DNA from: Bacteroidaceae bacterium
GTDB lineage: Bacteria; Bacteroidota; Bacteroidia; Bacteroidales; Bacteroidaceae
Reading direction: 5' to 3'
Assembly (NCBI GenBank): GCA_017427065.1
Contig: JAFRTL010000009.1
Location: 120,265 to 184,264, forward strand
Length of the DNA stretch: 64,000 bases
Below the pieces are notes generated by a model. The model had not been told where the DNA came from. It ran no database searches and saw nothing but the letters and a program-made list of their open reading frames with translations. The translations under genes and the position numbers were made by a program. This document shows, piece after piece, positions 1-9,707 of the stretch; within the stretch, counting starts at the first letter, position 1; the number at the start of each line of letters is the position of its first letter.

Positions 1-2151
1 GGACTTAAACTTCCACTTGTGGTATTCCACCCACTTGTGCATACGGTTCACATCGTTTTGGTTGTTTTGGTCATACTTGCTGTAATCCACACCGTTCCAG
101 GCAGAAAATGGAGGAGTGAATTCTGCAGAGAAAGAGAACTCAGAACCAGAACGTGGGTAGATCTGGCTATCGGTATTGTAGCGTCCCAGTGTGAAAGCAA
201 GGCTCAAGTTGTTACAGTTGCCATCTGTCACAGGGAAGTAATTCCATTCACTCAACATGTAACGCTGGTAAGAAAGCTCTGCAGAAGCTTGGAAATAATC
301 ATCGGGCCAGGTAAGACGCTTGCCAAACATGGCGGAGAAACCGAACATCTTCACGTACTTGTCGGGGTCGTAGTAGTTCTCCATGTTGTAATAGGCATTG
401 TTGTACATGCCATAACCACCATAACCACCGTACATGCCTCCATACATACCACCATACATCATGCTGTTGTAATAGTTGTTCATCAATGCCTGACTGTAGT
501 AGCGGCTACTGATGTCGGTCTGTACTGAGTAGAAGGCTGAGAGCTGCAACGTGTTAGGGCGCTTACCACCAAACCAAGGATCTGCGAAAGAGATACTGTA
601 CGACTGGTAATACTTCGCATTGGTCTGCGCACTTAAGGTAAGGGTCTGACCATCGCCTTGTGGCATGATGCCTCGATGGTTCTTCCCCGGATGCAGCAAG
701 TTGGCCATAGAGAAGTTGGTGAACTTCAGACTCATACGTCCGATGACACCCGTTTGTCCCCAACCTGCTGAAAGCTCTATCTGGTCATTGGCTTTTGATA
801 CCAATGGCAACTCGATGTCCACCGTTCCATCTTCAGGATGTGGCACTGGATTAGGCTGAATCTGCTCAGGATCGAAGTGACCCATCTGCATCAATCGACG
901 CATGGTTTGTATCAGGTACTCACGGTTGAACAGATCACCTGGACGTACCAAGAGGTCACGACGTACCACGTTCTCATAGACGCGGTCGTTACCACTGATG
1001 ATAATCTTATTGATCGTGGCCTGTTGTCCTTCCACGATACGCATTTCCAAGTCGATGGAGTCACCTTCTATGTTCACTTCCACAGGGTCGAGGGAGTAGA
1101 ATAGGTAACCGTTGTTATAGTAAAGGTTACCGATAGCATCATCATCGCTAACCAGACGTTCATCGAGCAGTTTCTGATTATAGACATCACCGCGCTGCAT
1201 ATGAAGCAAGCTTTCAAGCTGTGACGTTGGATAAACGGTGTTACCTACCCAAGTGATGTTACGTAGGTAATACTTCTGACCTTCATCCACATGTATGAAG
1301 ACATTCACTGTACTTTCATCGAATGGGGTGACGCTGTCTTCCACAATCACGGCATCACGATAACCCAGTTCATTGTACTTGTCGATAATCAACTGCTTGT
1401 CAGCCTCGTAGTTCTCATCTGTGAACTTCTTGGTACGGAAGATATTGACCAACTTGTTTTTCTCATTGGTCTTCTTCATTACACGTTTCAGCTTTTTGGA
1501 TGTGATGGCCTCATTACCTTCGAATGTAATCTGGTTGACTTTAATCTTATCTTTCTTATCGATGTTCACCTGTACGATGACCTGATTTTCCTGTGTAGGA
1601 TCATCTATCTGCATCACTTCCACCTCTGCGTTCTTGAAGCCCTTTTCATCGTAATAACGCTTGATAATGGTGGTTGCACGATCGATGGTGTTTGGTGTCA
1701 CCTGTCCACCCTTGATCATGCCGATACGGGTTTGCAGTTCATCGCGTTCCGATTTCTTCGCACCTACGATTCTGACTTCCGAAGCACGCGGACGCAGTTG
1801 CAGATAAATGGAGAGCCATACACTGTCCTGCGTGGCCTTGTCCATCTGAATGCTGACGTCAGAGAAAAGGCCATGTTTCCAATAACGCTTTGCCGCATCC
1901 GTGATGTCATCACCAGGGATGGTAACTGTTTGTCCCACACCCAGACCAGAGATTGCCAGGATGACCGCATCGTCATATGTATCGGCTCCATGTACCTCGA
2001 TGCCTGCAATGGCGTATTTCTTAGGCTGTGCATTATAAAGCACTACCGGAGTTTCCCCTTCGGGCTCAGTTGGATTCTGGGCATAGAGGGTAGGAGAGAA
2101 ATTCACCATCCCCCACAATGCCATGAATATGGTCAGTAATTTATATCGCAT
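1..2151 (-). CDS. bamA: Outer membrane protein assembly factor BamA (partial, runs off the window start)
   Basis: Absent from the ORF track because it is truncated. Minus-strand ATG at 2151 reads MRYKLLTIFMALWGMVNFSPTLYAQ (signal peptide), followed by POTRA-like segments and the barrel start (..ANDQIELSAGWGQTGVIGRMSLKFTNFS..). Lies directly downstream of uppS, as in Bacteroidetes. Confidence 0.92.
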   Translation of the reverse strand, partial: MRYKLLTIFMALWGMVNFSPTLYAQNPTEPEGETPVVLYNAQPKKYAIAGIEVHGADTYDDAVILAISGLGVGQTVTIPGDDITDAAKRYWKHGLFSDVSIQMDKATQDSVWLSIYLQLRPRASEVRIVGAKKSERDELQTRIGMIKGGQVTPNTIDRATTIIKRYYDEKGFKNAEVEVMQIDDPTQENQVIVQVNIDKKDKIKVNQITFEGNEAITSKKLKRVMKKTNEKNKLVNIFRTKKFTDENYEADKQLIIDKYNELGYRDAVIVEDSVTPFDESTVNVFIHVDEGQKYYLRNITWVGNTVYPTSQLESLLHMQRGDVYNQKLLDERLVSDDDAIGNLYYNNGYLFYSLDPVEVNIEGDSIDLEMRIVEGQQATINKIIISGNDRVYENVVRRDLLVRPGDLFNREYLIQTMRRLMQMGHFDPEQIQPNPVPHPEDGTVDIELPLVSKANDQIELSAGWGQTGVIGRMSLKFTNFSMANLLHPGKNHRGIMPQGDGQTLTLSAQTNAKYYQSYSISFADPWFGGKRPNTLQLSAFYSVQTDISSRYYSQALMNNYYNSMMYGGMYGGMYGGYGGYGMYNNAYYNMENYYDPDKYVKMFGFSAMFGKRLTWPDDYFQASAELSYQRYMLSEWNYFPVTDGNCNNLSLAFTLGRYNTDSQIYPRSGSEFSFSAEFTPPFSAWNGVDYSKYDQNNQNDVNRMHKWVEYHKWKFKS

Positions 2152-2180
2152 TCTTTTATATAATTCAAACTCAAAAAATA

Positions 2181-2210
2181 CTCTTAGCTCTAAACTCTAA
2201 ACCCTAAACC
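2181..2210 (-). repeat. Heptamer (TTTAGAG)n tandem repeat overlapping the uppS stop
   Basis: Minus strand reads ggtttagggtttagagtttagagctaagag, 28/30 identical to 39821-39850. Confidence 0.8.
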
Positions 2211-2971
2211 TTCACTTGCTCGCTGGTCTTTCCAAAGCGTCGTTCCTTTTGTTGGTAGTACGCAATGGCTTTGCGCAACTCCTGTTCCTTGAAATCAGGC
2301 CAGAAGGTGTCGCAGAAGTACAACTCCGAATAAGCGCATTGCCAGAGCAGGTAGTTGCTTAGCCTAACCTCGCCACCTGTACGGATCAGAAGGTCAGGAT
2401 CGGGCATAAAACTAGTGCTCAGATGCTTTTCGATAGTCTCAGCACTGATGTCTTTAGCATCCAGTTTCCCATCTTTCACCTCCACAGCAATCTGTCGTGC
2501 CGCTTCCGTCAGTTCCCAACGTGAAGAATAGCTTAGTGCTAGTATCATGGTCATCCCCGTGTTGCCTGAGGTATGCTCGATACACAGGTTCAGTCGTTCC
2601 TGTACCTTTAAAGGCAGTCGTTCTTCTTCACCGATGATGCGGAATCGGATGTTGTTCTTCATGAAGGTCTCCTCTTCAATCTGGTCGAACAGCAGTTTCA
2701 TCAATGCGGTGACTTCCTCTTCGGGTCTGTTCCAGTTTTCCGTAGAGAAGGTATATAGGGTGAGGTACTTCACACCCAGACGTGCAGCTTCTTCGGCAAT
2801 GACATGGACCGTCTGTGCCCCTACCTGATGCCCGAAGCTACGCGGCTTTCCCTGTTGCTTTGCCCAACGTCCGTTGCCGTCCATGATGATGGCGATGTGC
2901 GCAGGGATGCGTTCCAAGTCGATGTTCCAAGTATCTCCCATTTCCTTTTTTGTTTTAGCGTTTGAAGCCAT
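2204..2971 (-). CDS. uppS: Undecaprenyl diphosphate synthase (isoprenyl transferase)
   Basis: Motifs [42 protein letters not shown] and RRFGK. Confidence 0.97.
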   Translation of the reverse strand: MASNAKTKKEMGDTWNIDLERIPAHIAIIMDGNGRWAKQQGKPRSFGHQVGAQTVHVIAEEAARLGVKYLTLYTFSTENWNRPEEEVTALMKLLFDQIEEETFMKNNIRFRIIGEEERLPLKVQERLNLCIEHTSGNTGMTMILALSYSSRWELTEAARQIAVEVKDGKLDAKDISAETIEKHLSTSFMPDPDLLIRTGGEVRLSNYLLWQCAYSELYFCDTFWPDFKEQELRKAIAYYQQKERRFGKTSEQVKV

Positions 2972-4265
2972 ATCTGTTCAGTCGTCCCCTCCACAGCTGG
3001 TTGTTGCCGTTTTCGCTGATGACTATCCAGATGAATTTATCTTTGTCCATTGTGGTACTATAGTTCGCCTTGCCTTTCAGAGCTTCGGGAAGAATCACCC
3101 TTCTGGTAACCTTGCCCCATGTCAGCGCACTTGGCGAGTAGTACATGTCCTCAAAGTTGTTGCCAAAGATGAAGAACGTCTTGTCTAAGCTGAATATGGT
3201 AGGATGTCCCATGGCAGGACAAGCCAGAGTCTCGGTATCCAGCGCTGCCCATTCGTTGCCCTCGAAAGTAAACCAAGGTACCACTTCATCCTCATGCGTC
3301 AGAGGCATGCCTGTGATGGTGGCTTTTTCCACACCCGTGGAAGTGATCGTGAGGGTGGATTCTATCTGTTCTGTAGGGAATCCTGCGGGAACTTCCACAC
3401 CAGTGCTCCATGCTACATTCTCTGCTTCTGTGTGGCAGAAATAATCCTTTCCATCGATGGTCTGAATAGCGAGCAGTCGTTTCGTCATACCCACCAACAG
3501 TGTCTTGACGTTGCCACTTAATGCTTCCACTTTTGTCCAGTTTACACCGTCCTCGCTGCCATAAACCTCGCCGTTGTCCGTATTGACGTAGAGCTTGTCT
3601 CCATAGCGTAAGGCCGTACTCCAAGTTACGTTCTCTGGAACTCCATTAAGATTGTCCTGGCTCCAGGTGTAACCGGTACCATCGCCCAAGGCGGCATGAT
3701 AAACGCACATCTCATTGCCACTGAAGATCAGCACCTCCTTGTCGTTCGACAATACCTTGTAGTTGTCCCCCAACGCTGCAGTTGCGAATCCTTGAGGCAC
3801 ATCCTTAAGCTGCCCCCAAGTCAGGGAATCTGGGTCTTGTTGGTGTACACGCACATCCAGACGATAGTTCTTTGACGTCCGTCCATCTGCTGCAAAGACC
3901 GTAAACATGATGCCGTCCTTGCCGTTCATGGCTTTAGTCAGGTCGGTATAGGCAGGGGTCTTCAATACGGTGTCACCCGTAAAGACATAGCCCGTCACGG
4001 TAAACGTGTCGATGGCGAAATGATGCAGCAAGGTATCCGAGAGATAAGGCAGGGAATCCGCATTAAAGATGCGGTTATTCAGCAAGTCGATGTTGAATTT
4101 GTATTTCTTCCCATAGATGGTGTCTATGCTGAAAGCACGGACAGACGCATCAGTACTGTATTCATATTCCTCATTGTCTCCTTTGATGCATGAACTCAGT
4201 ATGAAGGTGAAGAGCATCAAGCTCCATATAGTGTACAAAAACTTGTTTCTCATTCCAACAGTCAT
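2955..4265 (-). CDS. DUF6242-like lipoprotein (start may be ATG 4253)
   Basis: 436-aa ORF with lipobox LSSC and IFNADSLPY / [11 protein letters not shown] segments; occupies the conserved position upstream of uppS-bamA in Bacteroidales. Confidence 0.7.
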   Translation of the reverse strand: MTVGMRNKFLYTIWSLMLFTFILSSCIKGDNEEYEYSTDASVRAFSIDTIYGKKYKFNIDLLNNRIFNADSLPYLSDTLLHHFAIDTFTVTGYVFTGDTVLKTPAYTDLTKAMNGKDGIMFTVFAADGRTSKNYRLDVRVHQQDPDSLTWGQLKDVPQGFATAALGDNYKVLSNDKEVLIFSGNEMCVYHAALGDGTGYTWSQDNLNGVPENVTWSTALRYGDKLYVNTDNGEVYGSEDGVNWTKVEALSGNVKTLLVGMTKRLLAIQTIDGKDYFCHTEAENVAWSTGVEVPAGFPTEQIESTLTITSTGVEKATITGMPLTHEDEVVPWFTFEGNEWAALDTETLACPAMGHPTIFSLDKTFFIFGNNFEDMYYSPSALTWGKVTRRVILPEALKGKANYSTTMDKDKFIWIVISENGNNQLWRGRLNRYGFKR

Positions 4266-4275
4266 TTTTCGCCCG

Positions 4276-4283
4276 CAAAGATA
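4276..4283 (-). promoter_or_regulatory. Bacteroidetes -7 promoter box (TATCTTTG) for the lipoprotein-uppS-bamA operon
   Basis: Matches the TAnnTTTG consensus just upstream of the ORF start. Confidence 0.6.
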
Positions 4284-4321
4284 AGAAAGTATTTTGTTAT
4301 AGGACGTTTTGTAAGCAAGTT

Positions 4322-5374
4322 TTATACAAAATTATATATAATATGGTACTTTCTGCCCCATTTTAAGACTTCTTTGTAAGGTTTTTTCAGACTTATTAAA
4401 GGTGCTGGCACCCCATCACCCAGTAAGATGGGACAATGTTCGATGTGAATCTCATCCCACAGGTTGGCATCGATAAAGGATTGAAGCAGTTGACTTCCAC
4501 CTTCCACTAATAAGGATTGCAACTGCTCTTGATAGAGCTTTTCCAGCACTTGGGGCAACACGTTTTCTGTGAAATCGATGGGGCAATATTCCACGTTGGG
4601 CTTTGGCGGACACACTTTCTCAGTGAACACCAAAGTGCGCTGACTCCCATCGAACAGATGTAAGTCGGAAGGCAGACTTAGCGTACGGTCCAGTACTACA
4701 CGCACAGGGTTCTTTCCTGTCCAATGACGTACGTTCAGCGTAGGGTTATCCAGCAACGCCGTGCGTCTTCCCACCATGATGGCCATGTGCTCCGCTCTGA
4801 GCTTATGTACAGAGATAAGTGAACGAGTGGAAGAAAGCTTCACAGGCTCCCCATCCTTGCGCTTGCGGTCGATGAATCCATCGGCAGTCTGTGCCCATTT
4901 CAGCGTGATGAAAGGCCGATGCTTCTCCTGCATGGTAAAGAAACGCTTGTTCAAGGCACGACATTCCTTTTCCAGTACTCCCACAACGACCTCACGCCCA
5001 GCCTCGCGCAATTTCTGAATGCCCTTGCCATCCACTTTATCAAACGAATCCTGACATCCTACGACAATCCGAGGGATCTGTTCCCGAATGATCAGATCTG
5101 CGCAAGGCGGTGTCTTGCCATAGTGCGCGCAAGGCTCCAGACTCACATAGATGGTGGCTTCCTTCAGAAGATGCCTGTCTTCTGGGCGCACGGAGTTCAC
5201 GGCATTCACCTCGGCATGAGCCTCCCCGCAATGCGCATGATACCCTTCTCCGATGATGCGATCCTCAGCTACTATCACGGCCCCCACCATCGGATTTGGA
5301 GCAGCGCCACCGATGCCGTTGCGCGCCAGCTCTATGCAGCGCCACATGTATTTTTCTTCCACTTTCATATCCAT
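4322..5374 (-). CDS. ribD: Riboflavin biosynthesis deaminase/reductase RibD
   Basis: Motifs PNPMVGAVIV, HAE, SLEPCAHYGKTPPC and LLVEGG. Confidence 0.96.
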   Translation of the reverse strand: MDMKVEEKYMWRCIELARNGIGGAAPNPMVGAVIVAEDRIIGEGYHAHCGEAHAEVNAVNSVRPEDRHLLKEATIYVSLEPCAHYGKTPPCADLIIREQIPRIVVGCQDSFDKVDGKGIQKLREAGREVVVGVLEKECRALNKRFFTMQEKHRPFITLKWAQTADGFIDRKRKDGEPVKLSSTRSLISVHKLRAEHMAIMVGRRTALLDNPTLNVRHWTGKNPVRVVLDRTLSLPSDLHLFDGSQRTLVFTEKVCPPKPNVEYCPIDFTENVLPQVLEKLYQEQLQSLLVEGGSQLLQSFIDANLWDEIHIEHCPILLGDGVPAPLISLKKPYKEVLKWGRKYHIIYNFV

Positions 5375-5417
5375 TTTCTCTCAAAATGCATTAACTTCGC
5401 ACCCAAACTTTGAAAAT

Positions 5418-6254
5418 ATGACCACCAATCCCACACAGATCCGTCGTACTTTGGGCACAGCCTACGAACCCAGTGAGGCTGCTGCGCTTTCACGCATAGT
5501 CTGTACGGAAATGCTGGGACAGTCGCAGGCCGACTATTTTCTCTGCAAAGATATAGAATTATCAGCGAATCAGGAAGAAAATCTGCAAAGCATTCTCGAA
5601 CGACTGTTGCGTTTCGAGCCTATCCAGTATGTGCAGGGCTTTTCATGGTTCCTTTCTCGTCGTTTTCTTGTGACGCCTGCCGTTCTGATCCCTCGTCCAG
5701 AGACCGAGGAACTGGTGCAGCGCATCATCGAAGAAACTGAAACTGGGGGTTCTATACTCGATGTGGGTACAGGCAGCGGCTGCATAGCAATTTCTTTAGC
5801 ATTGTCGCTCCCTAGGTCTAAGGTAGAGGCATGGGACGTGTCGATGGAAGCGTTGGAGGTGGCGATGCACAATGCCGACCAACTCCATGCACAGGTCGAT
5901 TTTCACTTACAGGATATGCTTACCTGTCAGTGGGAAGGAGGGCAACGCTATGACCTCATCGTCAGCAATCCACCATACGTCTTGGAACAGGAGCGCACCA
6001 CGATGGCGCCCAATGTGGTGGAATATGAACCCGAACTCGCCCTTTTTGTACCCGATGACGATCCTTTGTTGTTTTATCGCAAGATAGGAGAAATGGGACG
6101 TAGGGCCTTGAAACCTGCTGGACGACTCTACTTTGAGATCAATCGCACACAGGGAACCGCCGTAAAGCAATTACTTGAAAAGCAAGGATATAGCGAGGTG
6201 TCCCTCTATCAGGATATCTCTCACAACGACCGCCTCATAAAAGCATGTCTATGA
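5418..6254 (+). CDS. prmC: Release factor glutamine methyltransferase PrmC/HemK
   Basis: Motifs LIPRPETEELV, DVGTGSGCIA and SNPPY. Start set at ATG 5418 because the longer track ORF overlaps ribD. Confidence 0.95.
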   Translation: MTTNPTQIRRTLGTAYEPSEAAALSRIVCTEMLGQSQADYFLCKDIELSANQEENLQSILERLLRFEPIQYVQGFSWFLSRRFLVTPAVLIPRPETEELVQRIIEETETGGSILDVGTGSGCIAISLALSLPRSKVEAWDVSMEALEVAMHNADQLHAQVDFHLQDMLTCQWEGGQRYDLIVSNPPYVLEQERTTMAPNVVEYEPELALFVPDDDPLLFYRKIGEMGRRALKPAGRLYFEINRTQGTAVKQLLEKQGYSEVSLYQDISHNDRLIKACL

Positions 6255-6742
6255 ACCGAAAACCCATCACTGAAGCCGATGCCCTGAATCGTTTGGCAGC
6301 CTATTGCTCCATCAGTGAGCACTGCCATGCCGACGTACGTGAGAAACTCCAGAAGTGGGGCCTTTCTGCAGAGGCGACGGATCGCATTATCAGTCGCTTG
6401 GAAAAGACCAACTTCCTTGACGAATCGCGCTATGCCAAAGCATTTGTGAACGACAAACTCCGTTTCTCGGGATGGGGAAAGCGCAAGATAGCACTGGCTT
6501 TGCAACAGAAGCATGTACCCCACGCTGTTTTTCAACCTTATATCGATGCCATCGATGAGGAAGAATACCTGCAGATACTTCGTAAAGCCTTGGAACAGAA
6601 AGCCCGTACACTGAAGGCCGAAGACGGAGATTATCAGCGCAAGCTTAAGCTTACCCGCTTCGCCATAAGCCGTGGATTCAGCTACGATGAGATCCGTCAG
6701 TGTATGGATATTTCCGACATCGATGCGTCGGATTGTCAATAA
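6245..6742 (+). CDS. recX: Regulatory protein RecX
   Basis: Motifs FLDESRYAKAFV, WGKRKIALAL and RGF; follows prmC as in Bacteroidales. Confidence 0.88.
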   Translation: MSMNRKPITEADALNRLAAYCSISEHCHADVREKLQKWGLSAEATDRIISRLEKTNFLDESRYAKAFVNDKLRFSGWGKRKIALALQQKHVPHAVFQPYIDAIDEEEYLQILRKALEQKARTLKAEDGDYQRKLKLTRFAISRGFSYDEIRQCMDISDIDASDCQ

Positions 6743-6782
6743 AAAATATCTTCTATCGTTTTCATAATCGAAGCGGTTTGCT

Positions 6783-6790
6783 TATCTTTG
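6783..6790 (+). promoter_or_regulatory. -7 promoter box (TATCTTTG) upstream of pyrE
   Basis: TAnnTTTG about 30 nt before ATG 6821. Confidence 0.6.
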
Positions 6791-6820
6791 TTGCCAACTA
6801 AACAAACCGTTTGTAAAATT

Positions 6821-7459
6821 ATGAAAAACTTAGAGAGACTTTTTGCTGAGAAGTTACTGAAGATCAAAGCGATTAAACTGCAACCAAACAACCCATTTAC
6901 CTGGGCTTCTGGTTGGAAATCGCCATTCTATTGTGATAACCGTAAGACCCTTTCTTACCCTGCATTGCGCAGCTTTGTCAAGACCGAAATCACCCGCATC
7001 ATCTTGGAACGTTTTGGTGAGGTGGATGCCATCGCTGGCGTGGCCACAGGTGCCATTCCTCAAGGTGCTTTGGTGGCCGATGCCCTGAACCTGCCTTTCG
7101 TGTATGTACGTTCTAAACCAAAGGATCATGGACTGGAGAACCTCATCGAAGGCGAACTTCGTCCAGGCATGAAGGTCGTGGTGGTCGAGGACCTGGTATC
7201 CACTGGTGGCAGTAGCCTGAAGGCCGTAGAAGCCATCCGTCGCGACGGCTGTGAGGTTATCGGCATGGTGGCAGCCTATACCTACGGATTTCCAGTAGCA
7301 GAAAAAGCATTCAAGGATGCCAAAGTCACCTTGGTGACACTGACCAACTATGAGATGGTACTTGACGTGGCATTGCGTACAGGATACATTGAGGAGAAAG
7401 ATGTAGAAACCTTGAATAAGTGGCGCAGCGACCCTGCACACTGGGGAGACAGTCTTTGA
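6821..7459 (+). CDS. pyrE: Orotate phosphoribosyltransferase
   Basis: Motif FTWASGWKSPFYCDNR and PRPP-binding VVVEDLVSTGGS. Confidence 0.96.
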   Translation: MKNLERLFAEKLLKIKAIKLQPNNPFTWASGWKSPFYCDNRKTLSYPALRSFVKTEITRIILERFGEVDAIAGVATGAIPQGALVADALNLPFVYVRSKPKDHGLENLIEGELRPGMKVVVVEDLVSTGGSSLKAVEAIRRDGCEVIGMVAAYTYGFPVAEKAFKDAKVTLVTLTNYEMVLDVALRTGYIEEKDVETLNKWRSDPAHWGDSL

Positions 7460-7556
7460 AAATTGAAAATTGAGAATTGAAAATTGAGAATTACCATCCG
7501 GAAGAGTTATCATGGCGCAGCCAAAAATTCTCAATTCTCAATCCTCAATTCTCAAT
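7457..7556. repeat. Inverted pair of heptamer arrays (ATTGAAA/ATTGAGA ... TCTCAAT) around a GGCGCAGCC core
   Basis: TGA at 7457, 7464, 7471, 7478, 7485 and TCA at 7531, 7538, 7545, 7552. A related element lies at 55310-55423. Confidence 0.85.
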
Positions 7557-7584
7557 AATATAAATACAAACAGTAAAGCAAAAA

Positions 7585-8001
7585 ATGGAGCAAATACATA
7601 GCAGTGAAAAGGAGATTACCGCGCCGCAGCGCGTGGTGTTCGATGTACTGAGCAATGTAGATAACCTTACCCGACTGAAGGAGCGTATCCCAGAGGATAA
7701 GTTGGAAGATGTGGTTATAGGTGAGGACAGCATCTCCTATAAGAGCCCTATGGGTTTGGTGACGCTGAAGTTGGTGGAGAAAGAACCCAACAAAACCATC
7801 AAGTACAGCACGGTGCAATCGCCACTGCCATTCGACATGTGGGTGCAGCTGCTTCCCATCACAGGCAGTCAGTGTAAGATGCGCGTCACTGTAGGCCTGA
7901 ACATGAACTCGTTCATGATGGCCATGGTGCGTAAGCCTCTGACCGATGCCGTAGAGAAAATCGCAGGCCTGTTGGCGCAGATACCGTATAGTAAAATTTG
8001 A
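7585..8001 (+). CDS. SRPBCC/polyketide cyclase-like protein
   Basis: 138-aa ORF between pyrE and argH (conserved Bacteroidales position) with ITAPQRVVFDVLSN start typical of the SRPBCC fold. Confidence 0.7.
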   Translation: MEQIHSSEKEITAPQRVVFDVLSNVDNLTRLKERIPEDKLEDVVIGEDSISYKSPMGLVTLKLVEKEPNKTIKYSTVQSPLPFDMWVQLLPITGSQCKMRVTVGLNMNSFMMAMVRKPLTDAVEKIAGLLAQIPYSKI

Positions 8002-8006
8002 CAATC

Positions 8007-9356
8007 ATGGGCAACAAGCTTTGGGAAAAAACCGTACAGGTGAACAAGGAGATTGAGCGCTTCACCGTGGGGCGCGACCGTGAGATGGACCTCTATCTCG
8101 CTGCCTCCGACGTGCTTGGTAGCATGGCGCACATCACCATGCTCGAGAGCATCGGACTGCTTACGGCTGATGAGCTGAAAGTGCTTTTGGCTGAATTGCA
8201 TAAGATCTACGATCAGGCAGTGGCGGGCAATTTCCATATCGAGGACGATGTGGAGGATGTGCACTCACAAGTGGAGTTCATGCTTACCCGTGCCCTGGGC
8301 GATGTAGGCAAGAAGATACACAGTGGTCGTTCCCGCAACGATCAGGTGCTGCTTGATCTCAAGCTCTTCACACGCAGCCAGATACAGCGTGTCACCGAGG
8401 CGGTGGAAGAACTTTTCCAAGTCTTGATCACCCAAAGCGAACGCTATAAAGATGTCCTGATGCCGGGTTATACTCACCTTCAGATTGCTATGCCCAGCAG
8501 CTTCGGACTCTGGTTTGGCGCCTATGCCGAAGGATTGGTGGACGACCTCCAACTTCTTCAGGCTGCCTATAAGATGGTGAATCGTAATCCGTTAGGATCG
8601 GCAGCAGGCTATGGCTCTTCCTTCCCATTGAATCGCACCATGACTACCCGTTTGCTGGGTTTCGACAGCCTCGATTACAACGTGGTCTATGCGCAGATGG
8701 GACGTGGCAAGATGGAGCGTAACGTCGCCTTTGCCTTGGCAGGTATCGCAGGCACCGTGTCTAAATTGGCGTTTGATGCCTGTATGTTCAACAGTCAGAA
8801 CTTCGGTTTCGTGAAGTTGCCCGATGAATGTACTACAGGCTCCAGCATCATGCCGCATAAGAAGAATCCTGATGTCTTTGAGCTCACGCGCAGCAAGTGC
8901 AACAAACTCCAAAGCCTGCCCCAGCAGATTGTGCTCATGATGAACAACCTGCCAACTGGTTATTTCCGTGATTATCAGCTTCTGAAGGAAGTCTTCCTGC
9001 CCGCTTTCGACGAGTTGGTTGATTGTCTGCACATGGCCGCCTATACCCTGAGTCGCGTCACCGTGAATGAGCACATCCTCGACGATCCTCGCTACCTGCC
9101 TATCTTCAGCGTGGAGCGCGTCAATGAGTTGGTGCTGCAAGGCGTGCCCTTCCGCGATGCCTATAAGCAAGTTGGTTTGGAGTTCGAGCGTGGCGAGTTC
9201 ACACACAGCAAGGAGGTACACCATACCCACGAAGGCAGCATCGGTAACCTCTGCAATACAGAGATACAAGCCTTGATGAACGAGGTTCTTGCGGGTTTCC
9301 ATTTCGAAAAAGTGGAGGAGGCAGAGCGAAAATTATTGGATAGTGCAGAGAAATAA
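8007..9356 (+). CDS. argH: Argininosuccinate lyase
   Basis: Motifs HSGRSRNDQ, MPGYTHLQ and GSSIMPHKKNPD. Confidence 0.97.
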   Translation: MGNKLWEKTVQVNKEIERFTVGRDREMDLYLAASDVLGSMAHITMLESIGLLTADELKVLLAELHKIYDQAVAGNFHIEDDVEDVHSQVEFMLTRALGDVGKKIHSGRSRNDQVLLDLKLFTRSQIQRVTEAVEELFQVLITQSERYKDVLMPGYTHLQIAMPSSFGLWFGAYAEGLVDDLQLLQAAYKMVNRNPLGSAAGYGSSFPLNRTMTTRLLGFDSLDYNVVYAQMGRGKMERNVAFALAGIAGTVSKLAFDACMFNSQNFGFVKLPDECTTGSSIMPHKKNPDVFELTRSKCNKLQSLPQQIVLMMNNLPTGYFRDYQLLKEVFLPAFDELVDCLHMAAYTLSRVTVNEHILDDPRYLPIFSVERVNELVLQGVPFRDAYKQVGLEFERGEFTHSKEVHHTHEGSIGNLCNTEIQALMNEVLAGFHFEKVEEAERKLLDSAEK

Positions 9357-9375
9357 TTAATGATAGATAAAAAGA

Positions 9376-9401
9376 AAAAGCCCTGAGAAATCAGGGCTTT
9401 T
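9376..9401. terminator. Bidirectional intrinsic terminator between argH and tRNA-Leu
   Basis: Hairpin aaaagccctga-gaaa-tcagggctttt with A/T tracts on both sides. Confidence 0.8.
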
Positions 9402-9413
9402 CTTGTACCTTTC

Positions 9414-9501
9414 TGGTACCCGGAGTGGGACTTGAACCCACACAGCCGCAATGGCCAAGGGATTTTAAGTCCCTCGTGTCTACCGATTCCACCATCCGGG
9501 C
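9414..9501 (-). tRNA. tRNA-Leu (anticodon TAA)
   Basis: GCCCGGATGGTGGAATCGGTAGACACGAGGGACTTAAAATCCC..GTGGGTTCAAGTCCCACTCCGGGTACCA; long variable arm and encoded CCA. Confidence 0.97.
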
Positions 9502-9517
9502 GGCCTTCTTGAGGGAG

Positions 9518-9590
9518 AGCGGAAAACGAGACTCGGACTCGCGACCCCAACCTTGGCAAGGTTGTGCTCTACCAACTGAGCTATTTCCGC
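9518..9590 (-). tRNA. tRNA-Gly (anticodon GCC)
   Basis: GCGGAAATAGCTCAGTTGGTAGAGCACAACCTTGCCAAGGTTGGGGTCGCGAGTCCGAGTCTCGTTTTCCGCT; CCA not encoded. Confidence 0.95.
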
Positions 9591-9608
9591 AAATTATTTC
9601 ATAATTTA

Positions 9609-9678
9609 CGGCTTTTTAGGCTGCGCCTCGGCAAATTCAAGCAAGCTTGATTTGCGCTCGGCTTGCACTAAAATTCCG
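9609..9678. repeat. REP-like stem-loop in the tRNA leader
   Basis: Inner stem gcaaattcaag/cttgatttgc, outer ttttag/ctaaaa; contains GGCGCAGCC on the minus strand. Confidence 0.55.
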
Positions 9679-9699
9679 CATTTCTTTATTTCAGCGGGG

Positions 9700-9707
9700 C
9701 AAAGATA
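9700..9707 (-). promoter_or_regulatory. -7 promoter box (TATCTTTG) for the tRNA-Gly/tRNA-Leu transcript
   Basis: TAnnTTTG on the minus strand upstream of tRNA-Gly. Confidence 0.6.

Noticed and set aside
19..2139. Plus-strand ORFs 19-528, 838-1104 and 1291-2139
   Set aside because: Antisense shadows of bamA with no recognisable motifs.
9414..9590. tRNA genes as an integration site for an island
   Set aside because: No duplicated tRNA 3' end and no integrase seen in the window.
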